Assembly (NCBI GenBank): GCA_965240325.2
Contig: OZ251237.1
Span: 1,673,601 to 1,737,600, forward strand
Reading direction: 5' to 3'
Origin: Rebecca billardiae RCC1528
Lineage: Eukaryota; Protista; Haptophyta
Length of the DNA: 64,000 nucleotides
Positions 22,886 to 32,289 of the stretch are shown here, in pieces. How positions within the stretch are numbered: the stretch's first letter is position 1; each line of letters opens with the position of its first letter. The notes under the pieces are model-generated. The model ran no database searches. It was not told the origin of the DNA and saw nothing but the letters and a program-made list of their open reading frames with translations. Made by a program: the position numbers and the translations under genes.

Positions 22886-25800
22886 ATGGCGACGGAGGGC
22901 GCGACGCTCGCCGCCGAGGTCGGCGAGCTCGCCGCGCGGCTGGGCGCGCTCGCGTCGGCGGTGGGCGCGGGCACGCACGCGCCGACGGACGCCTCCGCCA
23001 CGCACGCCCTCCTCCGCCGCCTCGCCGCCGACCTCGGCGCCGCGGACGAGCGCGCGCACGCGCTCGGCCTCGTGCGCGCCGCGCGCGCCGCGGCCGCGGC
23101 CGACGCGGCCGCCGGGGTGCGCGACGGCGGCGGCGGCGAGCTCGACGCGCTGGTGCGCGGGGTGCGCGACGCGGTCGCCTCGCGCCGCGCCGAGCTCGCG
23201 CGCGCCCTCGCCTCCGCGCACGCCGCCGGCCTGCGCGCCTCCGACTCTGCGCTCGACGAGGCGGTGGGCGCGCGAGAGACGGGCGCAGGAGGCGGCGGCG
23301 GGCGCGGTGGCGGCGGCGGCGCGTGGGGCGAGGCGCTCTCGCTCGCCGCGCTCGCCGACGTGCCGCCGTACGAGGCGCTCGTCCCCGCGCTCACCGCGCT
23401 CTGCGCCGCCCCCGCCGCCGCCGCCGCCGCCGCAGCCGCCGCCGCCTGCTGCGGCCGTGCTGCGCGCGTGGCGCGTGGTCGGCGCCTTCTCCGCGCTCGA
23501 GCTGCTGGGCGGGGAGGGCGCGGAGCTGCTGCCCGGGGCGCTGTGCGCGGTGCTCCGCGCGGCGGACGCGTGCGCGGGCGCCCACGCGCCCGACGCGCCC
23601 GAGCTGCGCGAGGCCGCGCGCGCCGCGCACAGCCTGTGCGCGCGGCTGCTCGCGCGCGCGGACGAGGGCGGCTGCGCGCAGATCGGCGCCGCGCTCGCGC
23701 CGCTGCTGCGGCGGACGCGGGCGGCGGCGGCGGGCGGCGCAGGCGCCGGCGGCGAGGCCGAGGCCGAGGCGTGGCGCGTGCTGCGCGCGCGGCTGCTCCT
23801 CGCCGCCACCGTGCGCGCCGCGCGGGGCGGCGTGCACGTGCCCGCGCCGCACGCGCGCGCGCTCGTGCGCGCGCACTGCGACGCTCACGGCGCCACCGGC
23901 GTGGCGGCGGCGGCGGCTGACGGCGCGTCGTCGGCCGGCGCGCTGCTCGCGCGGCTCGACCCGAGCGCGGCGGCGCTGCGCGCGCTGCTGCAGCCGCCGG
24001 GCTGGGCGCGCTGGGTGGTGGCGGTGGCGGAGGCGGAGGCGGAGGCGGAGGCGGAGGCGGAGGCGGAGGCGGAGGCAACGCCCATGGCTGCCGGCGGGGG
24101 GGCGTCGGCAGCCACGCCCATGGCTGCCGACGCCGACGCCGCCGAGAGCGCCGACAGCCCGCCCCTCCTGGCCGCGGTCGCGGCGGAGGTCGCGGCCGCG
24201 CTCGGCGCGCCGACGCCCGCCGCGTGGCCCGCGCGCGGCGCCGCGTGCGCCGCGCGCGCGCACGCGCTGTGCGCCGCGCTCGCGCTCGCGCGCGCGCAGC
24301 CGACGCGCGCGCCCCTGCTCGGCGCGCTCGGCGCCGCGCGCGCGGGCGGCGCGGCCGCGGCGCACGCGCGGCTGCTGGGCGCCGCGCTGCGGCATGCGTG
24401 CGCGCCGCTGCCGCCGCACTCGCCGCCGGCGGACGCCGGCGCGTCCGCGGCGGACGGCGCGGACGGTGCGGAGGCGCGTGCGGCCGCCTCGCTCGGCTCT
24501 GCCGCGTGCAGCGCGCTGCTCGAGGCCGCGTGCGCGGACTGGGCGCAGCACGCGGCAGCAGACTGGGCGCTGCACGCGGGCGCGGCGGCGGGCGGCGGCG
24601 AGGAGGCCACGCGCGTGCTCGCGCGCGCCATCGGCGAGTGCTGGCCCGCGCAGCCCGCCGCGCGCGCCGCCGCCGCGCTGGCGCGCGCGGGCGCGGCGTG
24701 CGCGCGCGCGCTGTGCGCCGAGCGCGCGTGCGCGGCCGCGCTGCTCGGCGCCGCCGCGGCGGGCGGCGGCGGCGCGGCGTGCGCGCGCGCGCTGCGCCGC
24801 GCGCTCGCGAGCCCCGCCGCGGCGCGCGCGCTCGCCGCCGCGGGCGCGGCGGACGGCGCGTGGGCGCGCGCGCTCGGCGGCGCGCCGCCCGCCGCGCTGC
24901 GCGCGCTCTGCGCCGGCGGCGCGGGCGGCGCGGCGCTGGCGGTGGGCGCGGGCGCCGCGCGCCGCGCCGCGGCCGCGTGCGCGCCCTCGGCGCGCGCGCT
25001 CGGCGCGCTCGCCGCCGCGCTCGGCGCGGCGGGCGCGGCCGGCGCGCACGCGGCCGACGCGGCGGCCGCGCGCGCCGCCGTGCACGCCGTCGCCGAGCGC
25101 GACGCCTCCGCGCTGCTCGGCCGCTCCTCCGCCGCGGCGGACGCGCTCGGCCTCGGCCTCGCCGCAGGCGCGGGCGCGGAGGGCGGCGCCGAGGGCGGCG
25201 GCTGCGCGGCCGCGGCCGCGGCCGCCGCGCGGCTGAGCGCGCTGCTGCGCGTGCCGTGGGTGCGCGATCGGCTGCTGCGCGCGCGCGGCGGCGCGCTCGC
25301 CGCCGCGCTGGGCGGCGGCGGCGGCGAGGGCGCGGCCGCAGGCGCGGCGCTGGTGTGCGCGGCCGCGGCGTGCGCGGGCGCGGACGGCGGCGCCGCGCTG
25401 TGCGCTGCCGCGCCCGCGCTCGCGCACGCGCTGCGCACCCACGCCGACGCGGACGCGAGCTCGGCCGGCGTGGGCTGCGCGCAGGCGCTGTGCGGCGTGG
25501 GCGCGCGCGCGCTGCAGCTGGGCGCGCACGCGGCCGAGCCGATGGCGGCGCTCGAGGCGGCCGGGGCGGCGGCGGCGGAGGAGGAGGAGGAGCGCCCGGC
25601 AGCAGCGGCAGCGGCAGCAGCGGGTGCGGTGGGTGCGGCGGTGCCGGTGTCGCTCGGGCGGACGGCGGAGTGGCTGGGCGGTGCGCACCCCGCGCTGCGC
25701 CCCGCGCTGGGCGCTGACCGCTGCGGCCTGCGCGCGCTGTGCGCCGCGCTCGACGGCGCGGGCGCGGCGCCGCCATCGCAGCCGACGCCACCGCCACGGC

Positions 25801-26877
25801 CACCGCCGGCCGGCGCGCCGCCCTTCAGCCAAGCGGGCGCGGGCGCAGACGCGGGCGGCGGTAGTGGCAGCGCGGAGGCCAGCGCGCACTGGCGCGCCGC
25901 CGCGGCGATGCTCACGGCGGCCGCGGCACGGGAGGCGCTGCTGCCGCCCTCTGCCGCGGCGGAGGGCGGCGCCCCGCTGCTGCGCATGCTGCACGCACTC
26001 GGCGGCGCCGCGCTCGGCGGCGCGCACTCGCAGCACTCGCAGCACGCGCCGACAGCGGCGGACGCGGAGACAGGGGCGGGTGCGGAGGGTGCGGGCGGTG
26101 CGCCCTTCCCCTGGGGCTGTGCGCTGCTGTGCGTGCTCGCGTGGGACGCGCCACACGACGAGCTGCGCGCGCTGTGTGAGGTGCAAGCACCGGCCCGCGC
26201 CTCGCCGCGCCGTGCCGCGCGCCCGGCGCCGCGCGCGCACTGCGCCACTGGCGCCCCGCGCGCGCGCGAGCTGACCCGCGCACCGCGCGCACCGCGCACC
26301 GCAGACGCGCACCGCCGCGCTCGGCGGCGGCGGCGACGCGGGTGCCGCGTGTCTGGCGGCGCTCTTGGCGGACGAGGCGCTGGTGTCCGAGCAGCCGGCG
26401 CTGGGCGGCGCGCTCGCCCTGGCGGGCGTGAGCGCGGCGCCGTGCGCGCTCAGCTGGGCGCGCAGCGCGCACGCGGGCGCGCTGCCGCTGCGTGCCGCGT
26501 GCGCGCTCGCTGCGCTCGGCGTTGCGCTCGGCCCGGGCGCGCCCCTCGCGACGAGCCTCGCGCTGCTCGCGCACGCGCAGGTGCGCGCGCGCGGGCCGCG
26601 CGCGGCGGCCGGCGCTCGCGCGCGCGCCCGCGGCTCACGCGCGCCACGCGCCACGCGCCCGCGCCCGCGCCGGCAGCCGCGCGCGCTTGGCCGTGCGCAC
26701 CGCGCGCACGCGCCGCTCGGCCTTATGCTGAGCGTGGCGAGCGCGCCCGCGGCGGGCGAGGGCGGTGGCGAGGAGGGCGCGTTCGAGCTGCTCGCGTGGG
26801 TGCCGCACATCGCTGCTGCCGCGCGCCGGCTCGAGCCCGCGCTGCGCGAGCACGCCGCGCTACTCTCCGGGCTGTGA
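22886..26877 (+). CDS. Large Ala-rich helical protein of unknown function; introns 26181-26304 and 26581-26676; apparent frameshift near 23410
   Basis: Host-like codon pattern in successive frames; canonical introns restore the frame at the 3' end. Confidence 0.6.
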
Positions 26878-27134
26878 CGGATGACGGCACCGCGGGACAA
26901 CGTGCCATCAGCAACGCATCACAATCATCACCGGTGAACGCGTCGGAAGGCACGGTCGCGATCTGCTGCTGCTGATCGCGCGAGCAGGCAAACTCGTAGT
27001 CGAAAAGCGCACCGAGAAACAATAAAGCAGAAATCAGCAGGCCTGTACATCTCCTCTTTCGCATTTTGAATTTGATATTCTCGCCGAGCTGCGCCAACAC
27101 CGTCGTTCTGTAGGCAGCTTCGGCCCCCTCGACG

Positions 27135-28562
27135 ATGATGCCACTACCGGCGTGCGCGCGGCTGACCGACCTGCCGCCCGAGCTGGTCGCGCGCGTGCTC
27201 GTGCACCTCGATGGCACGCGCGACCTCGCCACTGCCAGCGCCGCCACGCGCCTCTTCCGCCGCGCGCCGCTCGAGCACGCGCTGCGCGAGCGCGCGCGCG
27301 CGCGCGGGCACGAGGCCGCGCTGCCGGCGACCCTGCCCGTTGGCGTGTTCACGTGGGCGGAGGAGCTGCTCGCGCGCGAGCGTGTGCTCGAGCTCGCGCA
27401 CGCGCACGCGCACGTCGTGACTGCCGCCGGAGACGCTCTGTGGGAAGTTGAATTTAGCGCGTTTGTCGACGCGGACGGCGGCGTGCACACGTGCGGCGCA
27501 CCGCTGGGCCATCCCGACCTCAGCAGGAAGACGGACGTGCTCGTGCCGACGCGCGTGTGCTCGCTGGAGGCGGTGCACGTGCGTGCGGTGGCTGCCGGCC
27601 GCACGCACCTGCTCGCGCTGAGCGAGGCGGGCGCCGTGTACGCGTGCGGCGATAACGAGTACGGCGAGCTGGGCGTGGGCGACAAGGCTGAGCGACGGGC
27701 GTTCGTGCAGGTGGCGGCGCTGGGTGCGGAGCTCGTCGTCGCCATCGGCGCTGGCGCCGACCACAGCCTCGCGCTCACGGCTGCGGGCGTAGTGTACAGC
27801 TGGGGCGACAACGGCAGCGGCCAGCTCGGCCACGGCGACGCGAAGCAGCGGCTGGAGCCGACCCGCATCCAGGCCCTGCATGGCGTGCGCGTGGGCGGCG
27901 TGGCCGCGGGCTGGGAGCACACGCTGCTGCTCTCGGCGTGCGGCGCCGTGTACTCGTGCGGGGGTGGCTATGCTGGCCGCCTTGGGCACGCTGGCGAGCA
28001 GTCTCAGCACACGCCGCGGCGCATCGCAGCGCTTGCAGGCGTGCGCGCCGTGCATGTGAGCGCGGGCCGCCACCACAGCCTGGTGGTGGACGCAGCGGGC
28101 GGTGTGCACTCCTTCGGACATGGTAGCGTTGGCGCACTCGGCCACGGTGACAAGGTGGATCGTTTGGTGCCCACGCGTATAGAAGCGCTGATGGGCTTCC
28201 GTGCCGTGCGCGCCAGCACGGGCTCTGGCAACAGCGCGGTGGTGTGCGCGGACGGCAGCGTGCACACGTTTGGGAGCAACTACTACGGCGAGCTGGGGCT
28301 GGGGCACCGAATGGGTCGCACGCTGCCAGAGCGGGTGGAGGGCCTCGCGCATGCGCGCGTGGTCGACTGCTCACTGGGCCGATGGCACGCACTCTACGTT
28401 ACGGCGGACGGCGGCGTGCACGCGTGCGGCTCCCACTCAGGCGCGCTGGGCGTGGGCGTAGGCGGCGATGGAAGAGCCGGAGCGCTGCCGACGCCGCAGC
28501 GCGTGGTGCAGCTGCCGCCCCTGCGCTGTGGGCCGCGCTGGGCATCATTCGGGCAGATCTGA
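27135..28562 (+). CDS. F-box-like + RCC1-repeat protein, paralog 3
   Basis: LTDLPPELVARVLVHL plus RCC1 blades. Confidence 0.9.
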   Translation: MMPLPACARLTDLPPELVARVLVHLDGTRDLATASAATRLFRRAPLEHALRERARARGHEAALPATLPVGVFTWAEELLARERVLELAHAHAHVVTAAGDALWEVEFSAFVDADGGVHTCGAPLGHPDLSRKTDVLVPTRVCSLEAVHVRAVAAGRTHLLALSEAGAVYACGDNEYGELGVGDKAERRAFVQVAALGAELVVAIGAGADHSLALTAAGVVYSWGDNGSGQLGHGDAKQRLEPTRIQALHGVRVGGVAAGWEHTLLLSACGAVYSCGGGYAGRLGHAGEQSQHTPRRIAALAGVRAVHVSAGRHHSLVVDAAGGVHSFGHGSVGALGHGDKVDRLVPTRIEALMGFRAVRASTGSGNSAVVCADGSVHTFGSNYYGELGLGHRMGRTLPERVEGLAHARVVDCSLGRWHALYVTADGGVHACGSHSGALGVGVGGDGRAGALPTPQRVVQLPPLRCGPRWASFGQI

Positions 28563-28811
28563 GGCGGTGCGTTCATTGAGCTGCGCGCGTGGGCTCCGCA
28601 CACCGCTGTTGTCTAGATCCATCGACGTTGCGCAACCACACACAACACGACGTCGACGCGGAGTCGGCTGTCGAGACAGTGTCGAGTGTCGATGAGATTT
28701 AGCACCCATGAAAAAGAATTGAGTGCGAAAATCACTGATGCAATTTAACCCCGCATACCAAAAAAACCAAAGGATAGTGAGCCAAGGACAGCGGTGGCGC
28801 GAGCACCCTCG

Positions 28812-30236
28812 ATGGCACCGACGACGCGTGCGCGCGCCAAGGCGCGCTCGGCAGCGGCGGCCGTGTGGATGACCGACCTGCCGCCCGAGCTGGTCGCGCG
28901 CATCCTCGCCCACCTCGCTGGCGTGCGCGACCTCGCCGCCGCCAACGCCGCCGCGCGCCTCTTCCGCGGCGCGCCGCTCGAGCACGCGCTGCGCGAGCGT
29001 GCGCGCGCGCGGGGGCACGAGGCCGCGCTGCCGGCGACCCTGCCCGTTGGCGTGTGCACGTGGGCGGAGGAGCTGCTCGCGCGCGAGCGTGTGCTCGAGC
29101 TCGCGCACGCGCACACGCGCAGCGCAGCCTCCGGTGGATCGTATGGCGGAGCGTTCAGCGCGTTTGTTGGCGCGGACGGCGGCGTGCACACATGCGGCGC
29201 ACCGCTGGGCCATCCCGAGCTCAGCGAAGAGGCGCGCGTGCTCGTGCCGACGCGCGTGGCCTCACTCGAGGCGGTGCGCGTGGATGCAGTGGCTGCCGGC
29301 GACAAGCACCTGCTCGCGCTGAGCGAGGCGGGCGCCGTGTACGCGTGCGGCAGCAACGGCTACGGCGAGCTGGGCGTGGGCGACAAGGCTGAGCGACGGG
29401 CGTTCGTGCAGGTGGCGGCGCTGGGTGCGGAGCTCGTCGTCGGGATTTGCGCTGGCGCCGACCATAGCCTTGCGCTCACAGTTGCGGGCGTGGCGTACAG
29501 CTGGGGCCGCAACGCCTGGGGCCAGCTCGGCCACGGCGACAGGCAACGACGGCTGGAGCCGACGCGCATCGAGGCGCTGGACGGCGTGCGCGTGGGCGGC
29601 GTGTCCGCGGGCGGGAGGCACACGCTGCTGCTCTCGGCGTGCGGCGCCGTGTACTCGTGTGGGTATGCCGGTTACGGCCGCCTTGGGCACGGTGACGAGC
29701 AGCAGCAGCGCACGCTGCGGCGCATCGAGGCGCTCGCGGGTGTGCGCGCCGTGCACGTCAGCGCGGGCCTCTCGCACAGCCTGGTGGTGGACGCAGCGGG
29801 CGGCGTGCACTCCTTCGGAGACGGTCATGGTGGCGCACTCGGCCACGGTGACCAGGCGCCTCGATTTGTGCCCGCGCGCATCGACGCGCTGGGCGGCATG
29901 CGTGCCGTGCGCGCCAGCGCGGGCTGTTACACCAGCGCTGTGGTGTGTGCGGACGGCAGCGTGCACGCGTTTGGGCGCAACTACTTGGGCCAGCTGGGGC
30001 TGGGGGACCGACTCGCTCGCATTCTGCCCGAGCGGGTGGAGGGCCTCGCGCATGCGCGCGTGCTCGACTGCTCACTCGGCGATCAGCACGCCCTCTACGT
30101 CACAGCAGACGGCGCCGTGCACGCGTGCGGCACGCATTCGGGCGCGCTCGGCCTGGGCGTGGGCTACAGTGGCGATGTGCTGCGGACGCTGCAGCGCGTG
30201 GTGCAGCTGCCGCCCCTGCGCTGTGGGCCGCGCTGA
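28812..30236 (+). CDS. F-box-like + RCC1-repeat protein, paralog 4
   Basis: MTDLPPELVARILAHL plus RCC1 blades; ATG at 28812 matches the paralog 1 start MAPTTRARAK. Confidence 0.9.
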   Translation: MAPTTRARAKARSAAAAVWMTDLPPELVARILAHLAGVRDLAAANAAARLFRGAPLEHALRERARARGHEAALPATLPVGVCTWAEELLARERVLELAHAHTRSAASGGSYGGAFSAFVGADGGVHTCGAPLGHPELSEEARVLVPTRVASLEAVRVDAVAAGDKHLLALSEAGAVYACGSNGYGELGVGDKAERRAFVQVAALGAELVVGICAGADHSLALTVAGVAYSWGRNAWGQLGHGDRQRRLEPTRIEALDGVRVGGVSAGGRHTLLLSACGAVYSCGYAGYGRLGHGDEQQQRTLRRIEALAGVRAVHVSAGLSHSLVVDAAGGVHSFGDGHGGALGHGDQAPRFVPARIDALGGMRAVRASAGCYTSAVVCADGSVHAFGRNYLGQLGLGDRLARILPERVEGLAHARVLDCSLGDQHALYVTADGAVHACGTHSGALGLGVGYSGDVLRTLQRVVQLPPLRCGPR

Positions 30237-30681
30237 GCACAGCCGCCGCCCGCGCGCGCTTGGCTGGGCAGCCGCACGTGGCCACGAAGTGCCTGCCTCG
30301 CCCTCGCCATCAGGCCAGAGTGTCCGGTCGGCGGACCGTGCGCGCCCTCGTTCCTTCAGCGCGCGTGCACTACCAGTACCAAGGTACCCCCATACTGGAT
30401 TACTGCTCTTGGGCTCCAGAACTAGTCCAGTCTGTGTGACTGGTGAGTCGACTTTGTAATCGGCGAAGCATCAAACGTGAAACATCGTGTTCACTGATGA
30501 ACCGCCTTTTTCTCCTCGCATCCTCAGCGCGAGATACCATCTGGCCGCAGTGACTCGGCGAAAAACGACGGCCTGCATTGGCGCGTCGCGAGGGGCAAGC
30601 GGCGCATTCACGCTCGAACCGGCTGATTCGACTCGTGGCCGGCCGCCAGCTCGGCCCGCGCAGGCCGCGCGCCACGCCGGC

Positions 30682-32151
30682 ATGGCGCTGGCGCCGACGC
30701 AGCTGGAGGACATGCCCGCCGAGGTGATCGAGCGCGTCCTCGTCGGCCTCGGCGCCGCGTGCGACCTCGCCGCCGCCAACGCCGCCGCGCGCCTCTTCCG
30801 CGGCGCGCCGCTCGAGCACGCGCTGCGCGAGCGCGCGCGCGCGCGCGGGCACGAGGCCGCGCTGCCGGCGACCCTGCCTGTTGGCGTGTCCACGTGGACG
30901 GAGGAGCTGTTCGCGCGCGAGCGCGTCTCCGAGCTCGCGCGCGCGCACGCGTGCCCCGCCTCCGCCGGCGGCGCGGGCCTGAGCCACGTGGGCGCGTTTG
31001 CGTGCGCGGACGGCGCGGTGCTCACGTGCGGCGAGGAGCGCGTGCTCGTGGTGGGCGGCGTGTGGGACTACCGCTCGCCCGCCGCGCTGGGGCACTCGGA
31101 GCTGCGCCACTCGCCCGTCCGCACGCCGCGCCCCGTGCGCTGCCTCCCCGCCGCCGTGCGCGTGCGCGCGCTCGCGTCTGGCTTTGAGCACGTGCTGGCG
31201 CTCACGCACGGCGGAGGGCTGCACGCGTGCGGGGCGAACGGGCACGGGCAGCTGGGGCTGGGCGACACGCTCGAGCGGCGCTCGTTCGTGCCGATCCACC
31301 CGCCCGACCCCGAGCCCGTCGTGTGCGTCGCCGCCGGCACCGCGCACTCCGTCGCGCTCACGGCCGCGGGCTGCGCGTACAGCTGGGGCTACAACGGCTG
31401 CGGCCAGCTCGGCCACGGCGACGCGGCCGACCGCGCGGCGCCGGCGCGCGTGCACGCGCTGCGCGCCGAGCGGGTGGGCGGCGTGGCGGCGGGCGCGGGG
31501 CACACGCTCTTCCTCACCGTGCGCGGCGCCGTGCACTCGTGCGGCGTGGGCGTGCACGGCCGGCTCGGCCACGGCGACGAGCAGCAGCAGCGCGCGCCGC
31601 TGCGCATCGAGGCGCTCGCGGCCGTGCGCGCCACGCACGTGAGCGCGGGGGACACGCACAGCCTGGTGGTCGACGCGGCGGGCGACGTGCACGCCTTCGG
31701 CCAAGGCGACCACGGCGGCCTCGGCCTCGGCCACGAGCGCGACCAGCTCGCGCCCGCGCGCGTGAGCGCGCTCGCGCGCGCGCGCGCGGTGCGCGCCGCC
31801 GCGGGCGCGTCGAGCTCCGCGGTCGTGCTCGCCGACGGCAGCGTGCGCGCGTTCGGGCGGAACTGCTACGGGCAGCTCGGGCTGGGCCACCGCGTGAACC
31901 GCACGCTGCCCGAGCCCGTCGCCGCGCTCGCGCCGCACCGCGTCGTCTGCTGCTCGCTCGGCGGGCGCAACGCGCTGTACGTGACGGCGGACGGCGCGGT
32001 GCACTCGTGCGGCGAGCAGTCGGGCGCGCTCGGCCACGGCGTGAGCCTCGCGGCGGAGCGCGCGCTCATGCGGCCGACGCGCGTCGACAAGCTCGCGGTC
32101 GCCGCGGCGGACGCCGACGCGAGTCTCCGGCTCGCCGCCGTCGACGGGTGA
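30682..32151 (+). CDS. F-box-like + RCC1-repeat protein, paralog 5 (most divergent)
   Basis: LEDMPAEVIERVLVGL plus RCC1 blades. Confidence 0.9.
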   Translation: MALAPTQLEDMPAEVIERVLVGLGAACDLAAANAAARLFRGAPLEHALRERARARGHEAALPATLPVGVSTWTEELFARERVSELARAHACPASAGGAGLSHVGAFACADGAVLTCGEERVLVVGGVWDYRSPAALGHSELRHSPVRTPRPVRCLPAAVRVRALASGFEHVLALTHGGGLHACGANGHGQLGLGDTLERRSFVPIHPPDPEPVVCVAAGTAHSVALTAAGCAYSWGYNGCGQLGHGDAADRAAPARVHALRAERVGGVAAGAGHTLFLTVRGAVHSCGVGVHGRLGHGDEQQQRAPLRIEALAAVRATHVSAGDTHSLVVDAAGDVHAFGQGDHGGLGLGHERDQLAPARVSALARARAVRAAAGASSSAVVLADGSVRAFGRNCYGQLGLGHRVNRTLPEPVAALAPHRVVCCSLGGRNALYVTADGAVHSCGEQSGALGHGVSLAAERALMRPTRVDKLAVAAADADASLRLAAVDG

Positions 32152-32289
32152 TGGCGTGCGTCGTCGCAGCGGAGCGATATGCGATATTGTCAATATCTAG
32201 CAGTTGGAAATGAAATCAGCGGCTGGAGAAAAAGAATCACATCAGAACGAACGATTGCGCCCCGGAGCGGCGGTTTGAAACGGTCCGCG

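Noticed and set aside
18998-26975. Very long Arg/Ala/Pro-rich ORFs (for example 1686, 1315 and 1169 aa)
   Set aside because: Shadow frames caused by extreme GC content over real genes.
13057-30236. Diversity-generating retroelement as the cause of RCC1 variability
   Set aside because: Some variable codons are NNC, but that is expected at high GC3. Third positions also vary, and no reverse transcriptase or template repeat is visible in the window.
13057-32151. UVR8 photoreceptor or true RCC1 orthologs
   Set aside because: Only an isolated GWxHT-like motif in some copies, not the GWRHT triad; an F-box-like N-terminus is present.
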